DNA of 48,057 bases, from positions 1-48,057 of IMG/VR virus record IMGVR_UViG_3300014208_001444, one strand, 5' to 3'. The position numbers were made by a program, and so were the translations under genes. Below the pieces are notes generated by a model, which worked only from the letters and a program-made list of their open reading frames with translations, made no database searches and was not told the DNA's origin. This DNA is from a virus (lineage: Duplodnaviria > Caudoviricetes). This document shows, in pieces, positions 17,946 to 28,128 of this stretch (positions are counted from its first letter, which is position 1; each line of letters opens with the position of its first letter).

Positions 17946-19894
17946 ACCGATTCCCTCGATAGCCTGCCCTGCCTGGCCAGGATGGATTTAACCAGCTCCG
18001 CGCCCTCGGCCGCGCCCGAGCGTGTAACCTCCGACATGCGCCGCATTAATTGCCGGACCTGTTCATCGTTCGCGCCGCTGAGATTGATAGTGTTATGCTG
18101 TATGACTGAGACGCTTACGCCGCCGCCAAAATCCCCCAACTGGTTAAGCGGGATGACCGCCTCCGGCCCGTTTTCCGCGATGGTAGCCAGGACAGGCTTG
18201 TTGACGATAGCGCCTTCAGCGAACCCAAAAATCTTCTTCAAGCCTTTAGATATCGACGGCGCGACAGCCATAAAACCGGCTGCTAAAAGTCCTCCCCCCA
18301 TTCCGCCGACTGCGCCTCCTCCGGATGAGGCTGCGGAGTTCGCCAGCGCCCTCTCTACAGCTACGCGGGTGAATGTCTCAATTGCGGTTCGTAAGACCGT
18401 ATTCATTACGGACTTCCAGGCTTCTTCGAAACTCTTACCCTCCATTATCATGTCCGCAACCGCGCCCGAGAACGAGGAGGCGAACGAATCCGCTACCGCT
18501 TTCTGCGTGTCGCGTACGACCATGAGGTCGGCGTTTATGGCATCCCGTGCCTTTTGGGATTCCGCTATCGAGATGGCCGACGCGTTCAGCCGGGCCGCCA
18601 TAAGCTCGTCCTCGGTTATCAGGCCTTTGCTACGCAGATCCTCGAACATCTGAAACCGCTGGGTTTTCTCCTGCTCGATGAGCAGTAATCTGGATTCAAG
18701 GTTCCGGCCTTCGCTGTCGAGCCGTTCAGCCTCGAGCTGGGTGAGCTTGTCATACGCATCCTGACCCTGCCGCTTCTTTTCGTCAGACTCTTTTTGGGAT
18801 TCTTCGATTGATTTCTGGGTTACCCTGGTTTTAATTTCGACTTCCTGCGTTATAAGTCCCTGGCGTTCGTTGGCGTATCGCCGCTGGACTTCCGCCGCCT
18901 GCTCTGACGACGCTTCCTCTATGGCCTGCATTTTGACGTTGGCGTCCTGGACTATTTCCGGCAGGCGGTCGAAATGCCCTTTGAAGATCGCGCCCCAGCC
19001 GCGCGCGGTCTGCTCGATAATGACCATAGCCTTGGCTCCCCAGTTGGCTATGACCACGCCGAGCACTTCAAAGAACTGCGACCCTTTCAGGATCGCTTCC
19101 AGAAAGACCTTAAAAACTGGCAATACCCCGGCTCCCACTATTTCCTTAAAATCGTCCAGGCGGTTTCGCAAAGAAGCCAGTTGCATGGCAAAGCCGGACT
19201 CTTTTTCTGCCGCGCCCATAAACTTCTTGGAGAGCGCGTCGATTACTTCCTGTGAGGTGTTAGCGTCCCCGATAAACGCGCCGAACTCTGTTTTAAGCGC
19301 GCGCATCCGGCTGGCGTCGCCGTTCAGGATGGGCCCAAGCAGCTCAAGTATGTGGTTTAGGTCTTTACCGGACGCGGAAGCCAGGCCGAATGCCAGCTTG
19401 GTCCCCTGCATGGCCTGCCCGGCGTCGCCGGTCACTCTGGTCAGCCGGCCCAGCGCCTCATAGGTCTGGGTGTCAGAGAATCTGGTTAATGCCTGCTGCT
19501 CCTGCGCGAACGCGGTGATGCGCTCTTTTTCCTTGCCGAATGATCCGCCGGTCGATTCAACGGCAAATTGCAGTCTCCGCAACGCCTCTTCCTCGCTTAT
19601 GGCCGCTTCAGCGCTGGCATTAAAGAATGCCGCCAGGCCCGCGACCGTGGCAAACCCGGCCAGCTGGTTCATAAGCTGACCGGCCGCGCCCTGAACAGCG
19701 GTCATTGATTGAGCCGTCGCGTTTACTTTAGGTGGGAGCGCCGTGAATGCCTTATCGGCCCGGCTGGTGGACTTCTCTATCACGCCCGCGAATGTGTCGG
19801 AGCGCTGGGCGGCGTCCAGCAATTGCTGTGACAGCCGCTGAATGGCGGGCGAGGCCTGGTCAATGGCCTCGAATATTATCTCGAAGCCAGCCAT
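17942..19894 (-). CDS. Tail tape measure protein
   Basis: AIDQAS N-terminus, helical Ala-rich body, C-terminal FAEGAIV.KP...AENGPEAVIPL. Confidence 0.9.
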   Translation of the reverse strand: MAGFEIIFEAIDQASPAIQRLSQQLLDAAQRSDTFAGVIEKSTSRADKAFTALPPKVNATAQSMTAVQGAAGQLMNQLAGFATVAGLAAFFNASAEAAISEEEALRRLQFAVESTGGSFGKEKERITAFAQEQQALTRFSDTQTYEALGRLTRVTGDAGQAMQGTKLAFGLASASGKDLNHILELLGPILNGDASRMRALKTEFGAFIGDANTSQEVIDALSKKFMGAAEKESGFAMQLASLRNRLDDFKEIVGAGVLPVFKVFLEAILKGSQFFEVLGVVIANWGAKAMVIIEQTARGWGAIFKGHFDRLPEIVQDANVKMQAIEEASSEQAAEVQRRYANERQGLITQEVEIKTRVTQKSIEESQKESDEKKRQGQDAYDKLTQLEAERLDSEGRNLESRLLLIEQEKTQRFQMFEDLRSKGLITEDELMAARLNASAISIAESQKARDAINADLMVVRDTQKAVADSFASSFSGAVADMIMEGKSFEEAWKSVMNTVLRTAIETFTRVAVERALANSAASSGGGAVGGMGGGLLAAGFMAVAPSISKGLKKIFGFAEGAIVNKPVLATIAENGPEAVIPLNQLGDFGGGVSVSVIQHNTINLSGANDEQVRQLMRRMSEVTRSGAAEGAELVKSILARQGRLSRESV

Positions 19895-19897
19895 AAC

Positions 19898-20275
19898 TTA
19901 AGCCTCCTTGGTTATGGAATCCAGCGTGAAATTGATTATCTCGACGTAAAGCCCGACCGCGAGCGGGTACTCTGACAGGATATCGTCCACCGGGACAGCG
20001 GCTTTATCCTCATCGCCGACGCAGATCTTCGGCGCGAGCACGCCGCATAACAGCACGCGCCGGAATTGCGGCAGTCTGGGATTGGCTATCAGCTCGTTCA
20101 TGCGCTTGGCCAGCGCGTCTTTGCCCTGCCGGGCCAGGCTCCAGAAATCGGAGGTTTCATCGCCCAGAAACAGCAGCGGCACCCGGCGTATCCTGAACGC
20201 CAGGCCGCAGACCTCAACGTTCTTTTCTTTTTTGAGCTTGTCTTTAAGCTCAGCCGCTGAAACAGGTGCGTTCAT
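19898..20275 (-). CDS. Tail assembly chaperone (putative)
   Basis: Position between tail tube and tape measure genes. Confidence 0.6.
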   Translation of the reverse strand: MNAPVSAAELKDKLKKEKNVEVCGLAFRIRRVPLLFLGDETSDFWSLARQGKDALAKRMNELIANPRLPQFRRVLLCGVLAPKICVGDEDKAAVPVDDILSEYPLAVGLYVEIINFTLDSITKEA

Positions 20276-20277
20276 GG

Positions 20278-21240
20278 TTAATACCCCGTTATCCCGTTCG
20301 TGAGGATAGCCTGCAGGCTGTAACCCAAAACCGGGTCCAGCTCGGCTTTATATGCGACAGCCGCGCCCAGCAAGCCTTCCAGCGCGCCGAACGCGTAAGC
20401 CGTGTACTTGGCTTTCGGGACGCTCAGCTGCAGCATGTTCTTGAACGCGTCCTCGATGATGTCGCCGGTCAGTGTGATATCCACGGCCTGCGGCAGGTTA
20501 TCCAGGAATTTCTGGCGGTTGGTTTCGGTCTCGAAGAAAATCTCGTAGCCGCCCTCTATGGCGAACCGCCCGGTCGAGATGATGTCCCGCGCGTCCCTGG
20601 ACTGGCTGAGCGTGCGCTGCGGCGCGGACGCGTTGTCTATGCTCAGGTGCCAGCTTTTAACATCCTGGCTCAATACCCCGTCCAGTTTTATCTCGGTCTG
20701 GAAGAACATGAACGGCTTCGGCGCGCCGAACGCGGCAGTGAACGCGGAGGCCGATTCCTCGGTCTTGAACAGGAGCTCGGCCGCAGCCTGCGCTTTGCCG
20801 TCAACCGCGCCGGTTAACGACAGTTTTTTGACGACTGTCAGCGGATAGCGCTTTACTCCCACGCCCCGGTCGACGAAATACGTGAATGACGGGAACTGCG
20901 TCCGGTTGTCCGGTTTGAACGTATGCCGGAACACGGTGGGCGAATTGCCCGCGTCCGGCTGCGCCGTGGTCGTCTTGCCGAGGCAGCCGAGCAGCAGATC
21001 GCCGATTGTCTCGGCCTCGAGATCTATCGCCGGCAGAGTCCCGCTCCCCTCGCGCACGCCCGGCGCAGACGGGAACGCTTCCTTGGACGCGCGCAGCTTG
21101 TCATCGGCTATCAGCAGCGACGCGTAGTTCAGGGCGGCTTCCGCGCCGACCGCCAGGAATTTCTGTGGCGCGGCCTCGGCCATTCCCCGGCTGGCCTCTT
21201 TTTTGAATCCGTATTTCTGGCTTTCTGTGGCAAACGGCAT
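20278..21240 (-). CDS. Major tail (tube) protein
   Basis: 320 aa; KE...G, HTF.P, PSFT..VDRG pattern; canonical position. Confidence 0.8.
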   Translation of the reverse strand: MPFATESQKYGFKKEASRGMAEAAPQKFLAVGAEAALNYASLLIADDKLRASKEAFPSAPGVREGSGTLPAIDLEAETIGDLLLGCLGKTTTAQPDAGNSPTVFRHTFKPDNRTQFPSFTYFVDRGVGVKRYPLTVVKKLSLTGAVDGKAQAAAELLFKTEESASAFTAAFGAPKPFMFFQTEIKLDGVLSQDVKSWHLSIDNASAPQRTLSQSRDARDIISTGRFAIEGGYEIFFETETNRQKFLDNLPQAVDITLTGDIIEDAFKNMLQLSVPKAKYTAYAFGALEGLLGAAVAYKAELDPVLGYSLQAILTNGITGY

Positions 21241-21255
21241 ATTTCCCCTCCTGCG

Positions 21256-21747
21256 TTATTTGCGAGTCGTGGTTTCCACTGTGAACAGGACCGCGCTTGC
21301 TGTCAGATTTGCGTTGATGGTCGCCACCAAGTTGTCTTCCGGCGGTTCCCATTCGATGGTGGTCATTCTCGCTTTAAGCACTTGTCCGTTGGTTATAGTG
21401 AATTCGCCCAGCTTCACGTTGTCTATCAATAATTCGCCGATTAGCTCTGTTTCCAGAGTCCGGAGCAGTAAAATACGTTCATTGGGGCTGAATGCCTTCA
21501 CATAAACAATCCTGAAGTTGTATGTGATCTTGTAGGTCTCCGCCGTGGTAATGCACTCAAGCGTAGTCGACGGACTGGGCTTTACGAACACTGCCGGGAT
21601 GTTGTCCGCCAGATTTTCCAGCGCCGGGTAAAACTCGAGCGCGCCGAATGAGACGACCTTAAGCGACATAGGCCCGGACAGCTCCCGCTCAATTATTTCG
21701 ACTATGCGGTTGGCTATCACGGCTGCGTGGAGACGAGGCGCGGGCAT
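21256..21747 (-). CDS. Tail terminator/completion protein (putative)
   Basis: GGAGG RBS, TAATG overlap at 21747; position before the tail tube gene. Confidence 0.6.
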   Translation of the reverse strand: MPAPRLHAAVIANRIVEIIERELSGPMSLKVVSFGALEFYPALENLADNIPAVFVKPSPSTTLECITTAETYKITYNFRIVYVKAFSPNERILLLRTLETELIGELLIDNVKLGEFTITNGQVLKARMTTIEWEPPEDNLVATINANLTASAVLFTVETTTRK

Positions 21748-22226
21748 TATATACCTCCCTCGGCTTTCAACGCCTCGGTCAGCCTGTTCTGGAAGATGAG
21801 CTGGATGCGCGGCGTGGCCACCGCGAGCGCGGGCTTGAGATACGGCTGCGCCCTGAATCCGCGCCGTTTGATAGCACGGGCCACGACAAACGCGAGCCGT
21901 TCGTCGCCCAGTTTGCGCCGCGCCCATGTTTTAAGATCGCCGGACGGCGGCGGGAACCAGCCGGGCTGCCTGCCCTCCTCCACAACCGACGCGTAAGGCA
22001 GGCCGGAACCCACTTCTGCGGTTATCTTCCCGCCACCCTCGGCCACGTTCTGCGCTATGGAAACGCGCAGCAGCCCACGGAACACCGGCGCGTTCAGTTT
22101 CGCCAGGCTTTGCAGTAAAATAGCGGATTCGCGCATGGCCGAGACCACGGCGGTTCTTAACCGCTGTGGCAGCCTGGCCAGCGCGTTGACTGTGCCGTCT
22201 TTGTCCTTGATGGTTATCCGCAGCAT
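21747..22226 (-). CDS. HK97 gp10-like neck/tail completion protein
   Basis: AK.NAPV..G.LR.SI, YA..VEEG, AQPYLKPAL. Confidence 0.82.
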   Translation of the reverse strand: MLRITIKDKDGTVNALARLPQRLRTAVVSAMRESAILLQSLAKLNAPVFRGLLRVSIAQNVAEGGGKITAEVGSGLPYASVVEEGRQPGWFPPPSGDLKTWARRKLGDERLAFVVARAIKRRGFRAQPYLKPALAVATPRIQLIFQNRLTEALKAEGGI

Positions 22227-22546
22227 TTCTTTGACTCCAGGACGGCCTCTACATGATGGCCGTAGAAATTCTTGACCTCGGTGACCGCGAAAACCTCGCC
22301 GTCCGACTCGCGGATGACCTCGTAGTTCTCTTTCAGCTCAGCGGGATTCAGGAACAGCCGGAATGACCGCTTGGGCGTCTGGCCGGTCACATTACGGCTC
22401 ATGCTCGTGCCGGCCGGTACGAACCGCGCTTTTATACCGGTCAATAGCACCTGGTATTCAAAGACAGGCGTTTTCGAGCCGGTAACGAACGTCTGAACCG
22501 GCTTGCGGATGGTTATCAGATTGTTAAGCAGCCGCTTTTCCATCAT
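22214..22546 (-). CDS. Head closure protein (putative)
   Basis: Position after the adaptor; beta-rich, 110 aa; ATGA overlap. Confidence 0.6.
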   Translation of the reverse strand: MMEKRLLNNLITIRKPVQTFVTGSKTPVFEYQVLLTGIKARFVPAGTSMSRNVTGQTPKRSFRLFLNPAELKENYEVIRESDGEVFAVTEVKNFYGHHVEAVLESKKCCG

Positions 22547-23127
22547 ACGGTGTATATCCTGTATTTCCGGCCCAGCGCGTCCCATGCCCTATCCAATTCG
22601 TCGTTCAGTTTCTTGAAAGACCGGGTCTGCGAGAAATCGCCTATATGCTCGCTGTCCACCAGCGGCTCGAACCGGGCCGACAGCGCGGTCTTAGCCGCCA
22701 GGATGCTCGCTATCTTGCGGACCAGCGCCGGGACTTTCGAATAGCCCTGCACGCCTTTGACGGTTATGCTGCCGGCCGCCCACCTGGTCTTGAGCCGTAT
22801 TATGCCGGTACGCAGGCTCGCCGAGTATTCCTGCGGCGGGATCACCGCGCCGTCTATCTCGACCGACAGCACCTCAATAAGCGGGAACGCGTCCAAGAAC
22901 ACCGAGTCGCCGCCATCCCCCTCCACGGTTTCCTCGAACTGCTTGGCGCAGAACACCATGCCGGTGCGCCGGTCTATCTCTTCTGAAGCGGCGTCTATCC
23001 AGTCCGGCAATACGGTCTCGGGTGGCACTTCACCGCCCGTCATGGCCGACACCAGTTCCGCCGTGGTGTAAACAGAAGGAGCCACACCCATTACCTGTCT
23101 TGATAACATAGAGGACAGGACGGCCAT
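22543..23127 (-). CDS. Head-tail adaptor (gp6/gp15-like)
   Basis: YTTAE.V, I.AAS..ID..T, GY..VP..V..IA, SE.IGDFS. Confidence 0.78.
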   Translation of the reverse strand: MAVLSSMLSRQVMGVAPSVYTTAELVSAMTGGEVPPETVLPDWIDAASEEIDRRTGMVFCAKQFEETVEGDGGDSVFLDAFPLIEVLSVEIDGAVIPPQEYSASLRTGIIRLKTRWAAGSITVKGVQGYSKVPALVRKIASILAAKTALSARFEPLVDSEHIGDFSQTRSFKKLNDELDRAWDALGRKYRIYTV

Positions 23128-23131
23128 AAAA

Positions 23132-23452
23132 TCACCCCGCGTTTTTCAGCCGTTTGTCGTACTCGGCCAGTTTCCGCCTCAGCTTGTCGGCCAGCTCGGT
23201 TATGGCCGCCGAGTTGGCCTTACGGATGGATTCCCTGCAGTCCAGCGACAACTCGCAGATGCCCGCGAAATATTCGAATGCCGCCAACGCCTCGTTAAGC
23301 CGCGCGTAGTTGTTCTTCAGGTTCTTTATGAACCTGGCGCGCTTGGCCTCGGCCGGAGCCATCGGGCGGCTGTCGCTCGCGAACACGATAGCCCTCGGCG
23401 CGTGGCCGGGCGGCTGCGTGTGCAGGACCGTAAGATCGCGCTCCTCGGCCAT
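23132..23452 (-). CDS. Hypothetical protein (106 aa)
   Basis: GGAGG RBS; abuts the upstream stop. Confidence 0.6.
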   Translation of the reverse strand: MAEERDLTVLHTQPPGHAPRAIVFASDSRPMAPAEAKRARFIKNLKNNYARLNEALAAFEYFAGICELSLDCRESIRKANSAAITELADKLRRKLAEYDKRLKNAG

Positions 23453-24784
23453 TTACCGGCCTCCCGTGCCGTCGCCGGTCCCGGCCGTCTTGCCGGCCGA
23501 TGTGTCCAGAACGGGGATATTCGAGGTGCCGTCGGTCCAGTACGTGGTCGAGTCCTCGGTTTCTATTTTATATGCGAACGTTTGCCCGTCCTGCGGGTAC
23601 GGAACGTCCGCGCCGGGCCTGCGATTCGACACATTGGCTGCGCTGTCATCAAAGCTGACGCGGCCTGTTCCCTTGGGTATCAGCGTCGAATTTACTTTTA
23701 ACGCCTGCGCAGGGTCGAAATTCGCGCCGGGCGAGCGGAACACGCTGTAGCCGTTGGCGTTCGGGTCTGACACCGCGTCCCACCCTATGCTTACCTTGTT
23801 GCTTGAAACATCGGTTGTCAGGTTCTGCGGGACGGTCGGGATAAGCTCGACGAACGCCAGATGCGGGTTGGCGGTCATTACTTCGCTCGACAGATTCGAG
23901 GCATTGCCCTGGTCGTCGCAGGCGAACAGGTAATATGTGAAATCCTTGCCGTTGTCGGAGTCGGAGGTCGACTGGTCCTGGTGCGAGGTGACGGTCGAGA
24001 GTATCGCCGCGCTGACGGTGGCCACGCCGGACGCGGCCAGCACGTTCGACTTGGTGGGCGCCGAGACCGGCGCGTTGCCGGGCACCCGGTAAAGCTCGTA
24101 GTGGTCGAGGTCCTGCAGCACCGCCTGATAGCGCATTATTATCCGGCTTCCTGCGGTGAACCCGCCGGACAGTTCGGTCAGCACGCCGGTGTCCAGGGTG
24201 AGATTGTAATGCGTGCTCAGGGTCTTTGCGGTCAATGTCGCGGCTTTGACGTTCGCGCCGGACGCGTGCGGATAAAACAGGCCGTCGACCAGCGTGATAT
24301 CGCCGGTGGAGGCATTGACGGATTTGACCTCGCCGTATTCCTCCTTGTTGCTCACGCCGTCGTCTATGACTATCTTCGCGCCAGCGAGGACATCACCGGG
24401 AACCGGCGTGCCTATGTTTATAACACGCTGGCCGTGGATAGCGGACGCGGTCAGCGTCTTGATGTTGCCGGACACGCTCGCGCGCTCGTAAACTGTGAAC
24501 GCGCCGGGCACGATCGGATCGAACTGCGTTTCATGCGCTGCGCCCGCCGAGCCGTCGGCCGTGTCCGGGGTGCCGTCCGGGTTTTTCAGGAGCTCGCCCG
24601 AGATAAACTCGTTTTTGGTCGGGGCCGTCCAGTTCAACGTTATCCGCGTCTTGCCTTTCGGCGTGCCGCCGTCAATGAACTGGGAAGCCTGTATGAGCCC
24701 CAGTAAAGCGGGTTCGGGCGACAGTATGTCAGCCGCCAGATTACCTATGATCTGCTGAGATAGCTGCGATTCAAGTATTGCCAT
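23453..24784 (-). CDS. Virion structural protein with fibronectin type III-like domains
   Basis: L.WTAP, YELYR, PQNL......V.IGWD...GYSVFRS, Y.Y.I motifs. Confidence 0.65.
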   Translation of the reverse strand: MAILESQLSQQIIGNLAADILSPEPALLGLIQASQFIDGGTPKGKTRITLNWTAPTKNEFISGELLKNPDGTPDTADGSAGAAHETQFDPIVPGAFTVYERASVSGNIKTLTASAIHGQRVINIGTPVPGDVLAGAKIVIDDGVSNKEEYGEVKSVNASTGDITLVDGLFYPHASGANVKAATLTAKTLSTHYNLTLDTGVLTELSGGFTAGSRIIMRYQAVLQDLDHYELYRVPGNAPVSAPTKSNVLAASGVATVSAAILSTVTSHQDQSTSDSDNGKDFTYYLFACDDQGNASNLSSEVMTANPHLAFVELIPTVPQNLTTDVSSNKVSIGWDAVSDPNANGYSVFRSPGANFDPAQALKVNSTLIPKGTGRVSFDDSAANVSNRRPGADVPYPQDGQTFAYKIETEDSTTYWTDGTSNIPVLDTSAGKTAGTGDGTGGR

Positions 24785-24809
24785 GATTGCTCTCCTGGTT
24801 TTCTAAGTT

Positions 24810-26555
24810 TTATGCGTTCCCTGACTGCGTTCCGCCCGAGTAGCCGCTAAAGCCGACATTTCCCGCTATAGTGACCGCCGTGGTTGACGCGCCAGCGTCG
24901 ATATTGCCCAAGGCCGCCGCAATGTAGCCTGTATTGCCGATTACCGCCACGCGTCCCGAACTTGTGGCCGAACAGGCTATGGCCGTGGCAGAACCGACGC
25001 CGCTGCGCTGCATATAGTTCCCGGCGATGGAAACCTGGCAGTCGGTGCCGCTGACACTGATGATCGCGCCGCTGCAAACCGTGACCTCGAAGCGGTTGTT
25101 GCAGATGGCCATCGGCATATTGTCGCCGCCGGACCTGCGGACTATATAGGTCCCGCTGACCGAACAGACGAACTGGCAGTTGAATACCGCGCATGAACCC
25201 AGGCTGATGCCGGTGCCGAAGCCGTAACCGTTGAAAATAAACTCGCAGTTCCGGGCGGTTGATTTGGAGCCTTCCAGCCGTACGATGACGTCGCGTGCGG
25301 CGTTGTTTGTCAGCCGTATGGAGTCCAGCACGCAGTATGAGCCGTTCAGACGGATGTCCTCCGAGACATAGGCTGCCCGGCTTGAGGCAAGCGGATCTAT
25401 CGTAAGGTCCCGGACGGTTACGCTGTTTGAGTGAGCGCCGCCGGTATATCCGTCTATCATGTAGTATGCCGCGCTTGAGGTGGCGGCGCGGATGGTCGTC
25501 GCGGTTTTGCCCTGCCCCTGCAGCGTGACGTTGTCGTCAATGAGAAGCGAAGTATTTATAATATAGACGCCTTCACGCAACAACACCCGTCCGCCGCCTG
25601 CCGCAGCGGCAGTATTCAGCGCGGCCTGGATATTGGCGGTATCGGTAGCGGCCACGCCTGTCGGCGCGGCTACTACAACCGTTGCATAGCCGCCTCCACC
25701 GGACGCGGGTGGCGTGGCGGGTTCCCATTGTATGTTTGCGGCGCTGTATTTCAGAATCTGCCCGTCCGTAGGTGGCAATGGCGAAACCGGGGTGTTGTGC
25801 AGCTTTTCAACAGCCGGGTTCGGGTAAGTGCCGCTTAAATCCCCGCCAGCCGCTCCGCTCGGAGTCCTGGCATTGCTGTTCCTAGAGTCGTTGTCTCCGA
25901 CCGCTATCGGGTTCGCGGCCACCGCTGGCGCGACCGAGAGCTTCGTGATGCCTTTAACCGAATCTGAAGCGTCTGACGGGCCTGCGGCTCCAGCCGCGTT
26001 TATTGTAACGTCACCCTCTCCGTCCGCCGGGGTAATGGTGATATTGTTGCCCGCTATTATCTTGGAAACCGAGGTCTTAGCGGTGTTGTCGGCCGGGACT
26101 GATATCCCGGTATTCACGGCGACACTGCCGTCGTCGGTATAAGTGGATGAGGACTCTCCGGACACGGAAGCCAGGAATTTCTGCTGGCCGGAAGCTGTCG
26201 ATTTATAAATCTTGTAGCCCGACGCCCCTTTCGAGGTCTCCCACTGGAGGATTACTGGGACCGGTGAGGCCGGCTGCGTTATCTGCGCCTCCGTGGCCGC
26301 CGGGATCTTGTTCTCGGTCGTCTCCCCGGATGCGTTGAACGCCGTTATCTTGTAGAAATAGTTCGCGCTGCCGGACAGGTTCGCGCCGGCCGACCCGCTG
26401 CCCAGGCTGGTCGCCAGCGTTCTGGGCGGGCGGAGCCGCGCCTGCTGGACGTGCTGGTCAATCGACTCCAGATTGGAATTCGCGCCCTGGCCCCAGTTAA
26501 GGTCGCCGGTGTCGCGCTTTGAAAGCCTGAGTTTATCCGTGAAAGTTTCAGCCAT
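24810..26555 (-). CDS. Fibre/spike protein with C-terminal pectate-lyase-like beta-helix
   Basis: N-terminal T..L.L.K...GD..WG...N.N...ID fibre anchor; DTANIQAALN...GGGRVLL.EGVY beta-helix cap; Gly/Asn-rich repeats. Confidence 0.75.
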   Translation of the reverse strand: MAETFTDKLRLSKRDTGDLNWGQGANSNLESIDQHVQQARLRPPRTLATSLGSGSAGANLSGSANYFYKITAFNASGETTENKIPAATEAQITQPASPVPVILQWETSKGASGYKIYKSTASGQQKFLASVSGESSSTYTDDGSVAVNTGISVPADNTAKTSVSKIIAGNNITITPADGEGDVTINAAGAAGPSDASDSVKGITKLSVAPAVAANPIAVGDNDSRNSNARTPSGAAGGDLSGTYPNPAVEKLHNTPVSPLPPTDGQILKYSAANIQWEPATPPASGGGGYATVVVAAPTGVAATDTANIQAALNTAAAAGGGRVLLREGVYIINTSLLIDDNVTLQGQGKTATTIRAATSSAAYYMIDGYTGGAHSNSVTVRDLTIDPLASSRAAYVSEDIRLNGSYCVLDSIRLTNNAARDVIVRLEGSKSTARNCEFIFNGYGFGTGISLGSCAVFNCQFVCSVSGTYIVRRSGGDNMPMAICNNRFEVTVCSGAIISVSGTDCQVSIAGNYMQRSGVGSATAIACSATSSGRVAVIGNTGYIAAALGNIDAGASTTAVTIAGNVGFSGYSGGTQSGNA

Positions 26556-26567
26556 ATACCGTCATCC

Positions 26568-26993
26568 TTAAAATCCGTACGCCTCCGACCCGAACGGCGC
26601 TTCCCCGAAGCCTCTTAACGGCGCGCCCCATGGCCTGGCGTTGTACGGCATCAAATCGAACCCGCAGGCGTCCGGCTGGCCGTATTGGCCTATGTCGAAC
26701 GGACCGTCGCCCCAGCCGGATTCCTCTACGGCGACCAGCAGATAAAAGCGTTCGGGGCCCGCGTCCGGTTCGTGGTCGTCGTACTGGAACGTCCCGGGGC
26801 CGAGAACCGATTCTTCCGCTATCCTGCGGCCCAGCTCGTCACGGACTGACGACTTATAGAGCCGGAATCCCTTGAGCCTGCGGTTTAGCCGCAGATCCAC
26901 CGGGTAATCCGACCAGGCCAGCCTGATAAAACCCGGTTCGACAGCCGCCACCCTGAAATTGGGCGGCGGAGGCAGAGGAAACGGCCCGGCCAT
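26568..26993 (-). CDS. FN3-like small structural protein with Gly/aromatic C-terminal repeats
   Basis: P.PP.NF......I.L.W...GFRLY...YYLLVAV-like pattern; GxxPFG/YG repeats. Confidence 0.55.
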   Translation of the reverse strand: MAGPFPLPPPPNFRVAAVEPGFIRLAWSDYPVDLRLNRRLKGFRLYKSSVRDELGRRIAEESVLGPGTFQYDDHEPDAGPERFYLLVAVEESGWGDGPFDIGQYGQPDACGFDLMPYNARPWGAPLRGFGEAPFGSEAYGF

Positions 26994-26997
26994 CGTG

Positions 26998-27192
26998 CTA
27001 CCTCCGTTTTTTGTCCGGATGCTCCGGCTTTATCTCTTCGTAACCGGTTTTGAGCAGCCGGTCGCGCGTCTCGGGCTGGCGCACCTCGCACAGCCCGTCC
27101 ACTACCTTGATTAGGCCCTCGCTGTACGAGGACTCGAAGATCGGGTAGTCTCTGGAGCCGAACGGCGGATGAAGCTTTTTGAGTCTGAACAT
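26998..27192 (-). CDS. Small hypothetical protein downstream of the capsid gene
   Basis: GGAGG RBS; tight operon packing. Confidence 0.6.
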   Translation of the reverse strand: MFRLKKLHPPFGSRDYPIFESSYSEGLIKVVDGLCEVRQPETRDRLLKTGYEEIKPEHPDKKRR

Positions 27193-27202
27193 CGCGCCTC
27201 CC

Positions 27203-28105
27203 TTACAGCGTCACGCCAGCCAGCCGGGACGCCTTGATGTCGTTGGCCAGTACGAGCGCGACGTCCTCCAGGATGTCGAATTCGCTGCCCTGCGACGATT
27301 TCTGCGCCAGCCGGACCATCTTAAGAGGCGTCAGCTCGCCTATCCAGATCGCGCTGGTGTCCAGCACAAAGATATCCGAGCAGGCGTTGGAAGTGCCCTG
27401 CGTCTGCGCGTCCGACACCCAGATGGACCGGAAGATCGGGATGCCGTTGTAGACCTGCACCCGGAACCCGCCTTTGACCTCGACGGTGTCCACGAACCGC
27501 TGCTGCGCCTGCAACAGCGCGTTCAGCTTGCGGTTGGACTTCTTCGACATGATGAGCATGTTCGGATTGCCCCGGTTGAGGTCGATGGCCTGGTCCAGCA
27601 GGTCAAGGCTCAAGGGCGCGCCGTTCGCGCCCGCGACCGCCACCTGCCCGGCCGGGATGAGTTTCCGCAGGCCGTTGAACTGCTTGGGATTGGCCGTGGC
27701 GTCGCCGTTTACGAGCGCGTTCTCTTCCGAGTCGCGCACGTTCTGTAGGCCGTTCTCCACTTCCTCGGCCTCGACGTCCAGCATTGATTTCCCCACCGCC
27801 TGCAGTTTCCGCGTGACTTTTCTGCGGTCCAGGATGGTCGCGTACGGGAACGACTTCTGGGCCACGCTGCCCTGCGTTTCGGTCGGTTCCTCGGTGTCGT
27901 TCACGAACCCCGCGCCCGCGCCGCGCGACGTGCGCTGGTTAAGCACCCAGGCCGAGCCGGAACCCGGTTTCCTCGGCAGGTTCATTCGCAGAGGGTTGTT
28001 TACCTCTATGAGCTCCTGCAGGACGCGGTCGACAAGCGGCTGCTGCATCGCGCCGCCAGCCCCGGCCATATCCAAAGCCTTCTTCAACTGTTCAAGATCG
28101 TTCAT
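27203..28105 (-). CDS. Major capsid protein (HK97 fold)
   Basis: 300 aa after the protease; NGDA.....FNGL..L, YNGIPI motifs; AGGAGG RBS. Confidence 0.9.
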   Translation of the reverse strand: MNDLEQLKKALDMAGAGGAMQQPLVDRVLQELIEVNNPLRMNLPRKPGSGSAWVLNQRTSRGAGAGFVNDTEEPTETQGSVAQKSFPYATILDRRKVTRKLQAVGKSMLDVEAEEVENGLQNVRDSEENALVNGDATANPKQFNGLRKLIPAGQVAVAGANGAPLSLDLLDQAIDLNRGNPNMLIMSKKSNRKLNALLQAQQRFVDTVEVKGGFRVQVYNGIPIFRSIWVSDAQTQGTSNACSDIFVLDTSAIWIGELTPLKMVRLAQKSSQGSEFDILEDVALVLANDIKASRLAGVTL

Positions 28106-28128
28106 TTCTTCGGTTCCTCCTGTGATGG

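Noticed and set aside
20215-20240. A-rich run (CTC AAA AAA GAA AAG) in the tail chaperone as a -1 frameshift site
   Set aside because: A AAA AAG is not in the required codon phase, lies near the gene start, and only 3 nt separate the chaperone from the tape measure gene.
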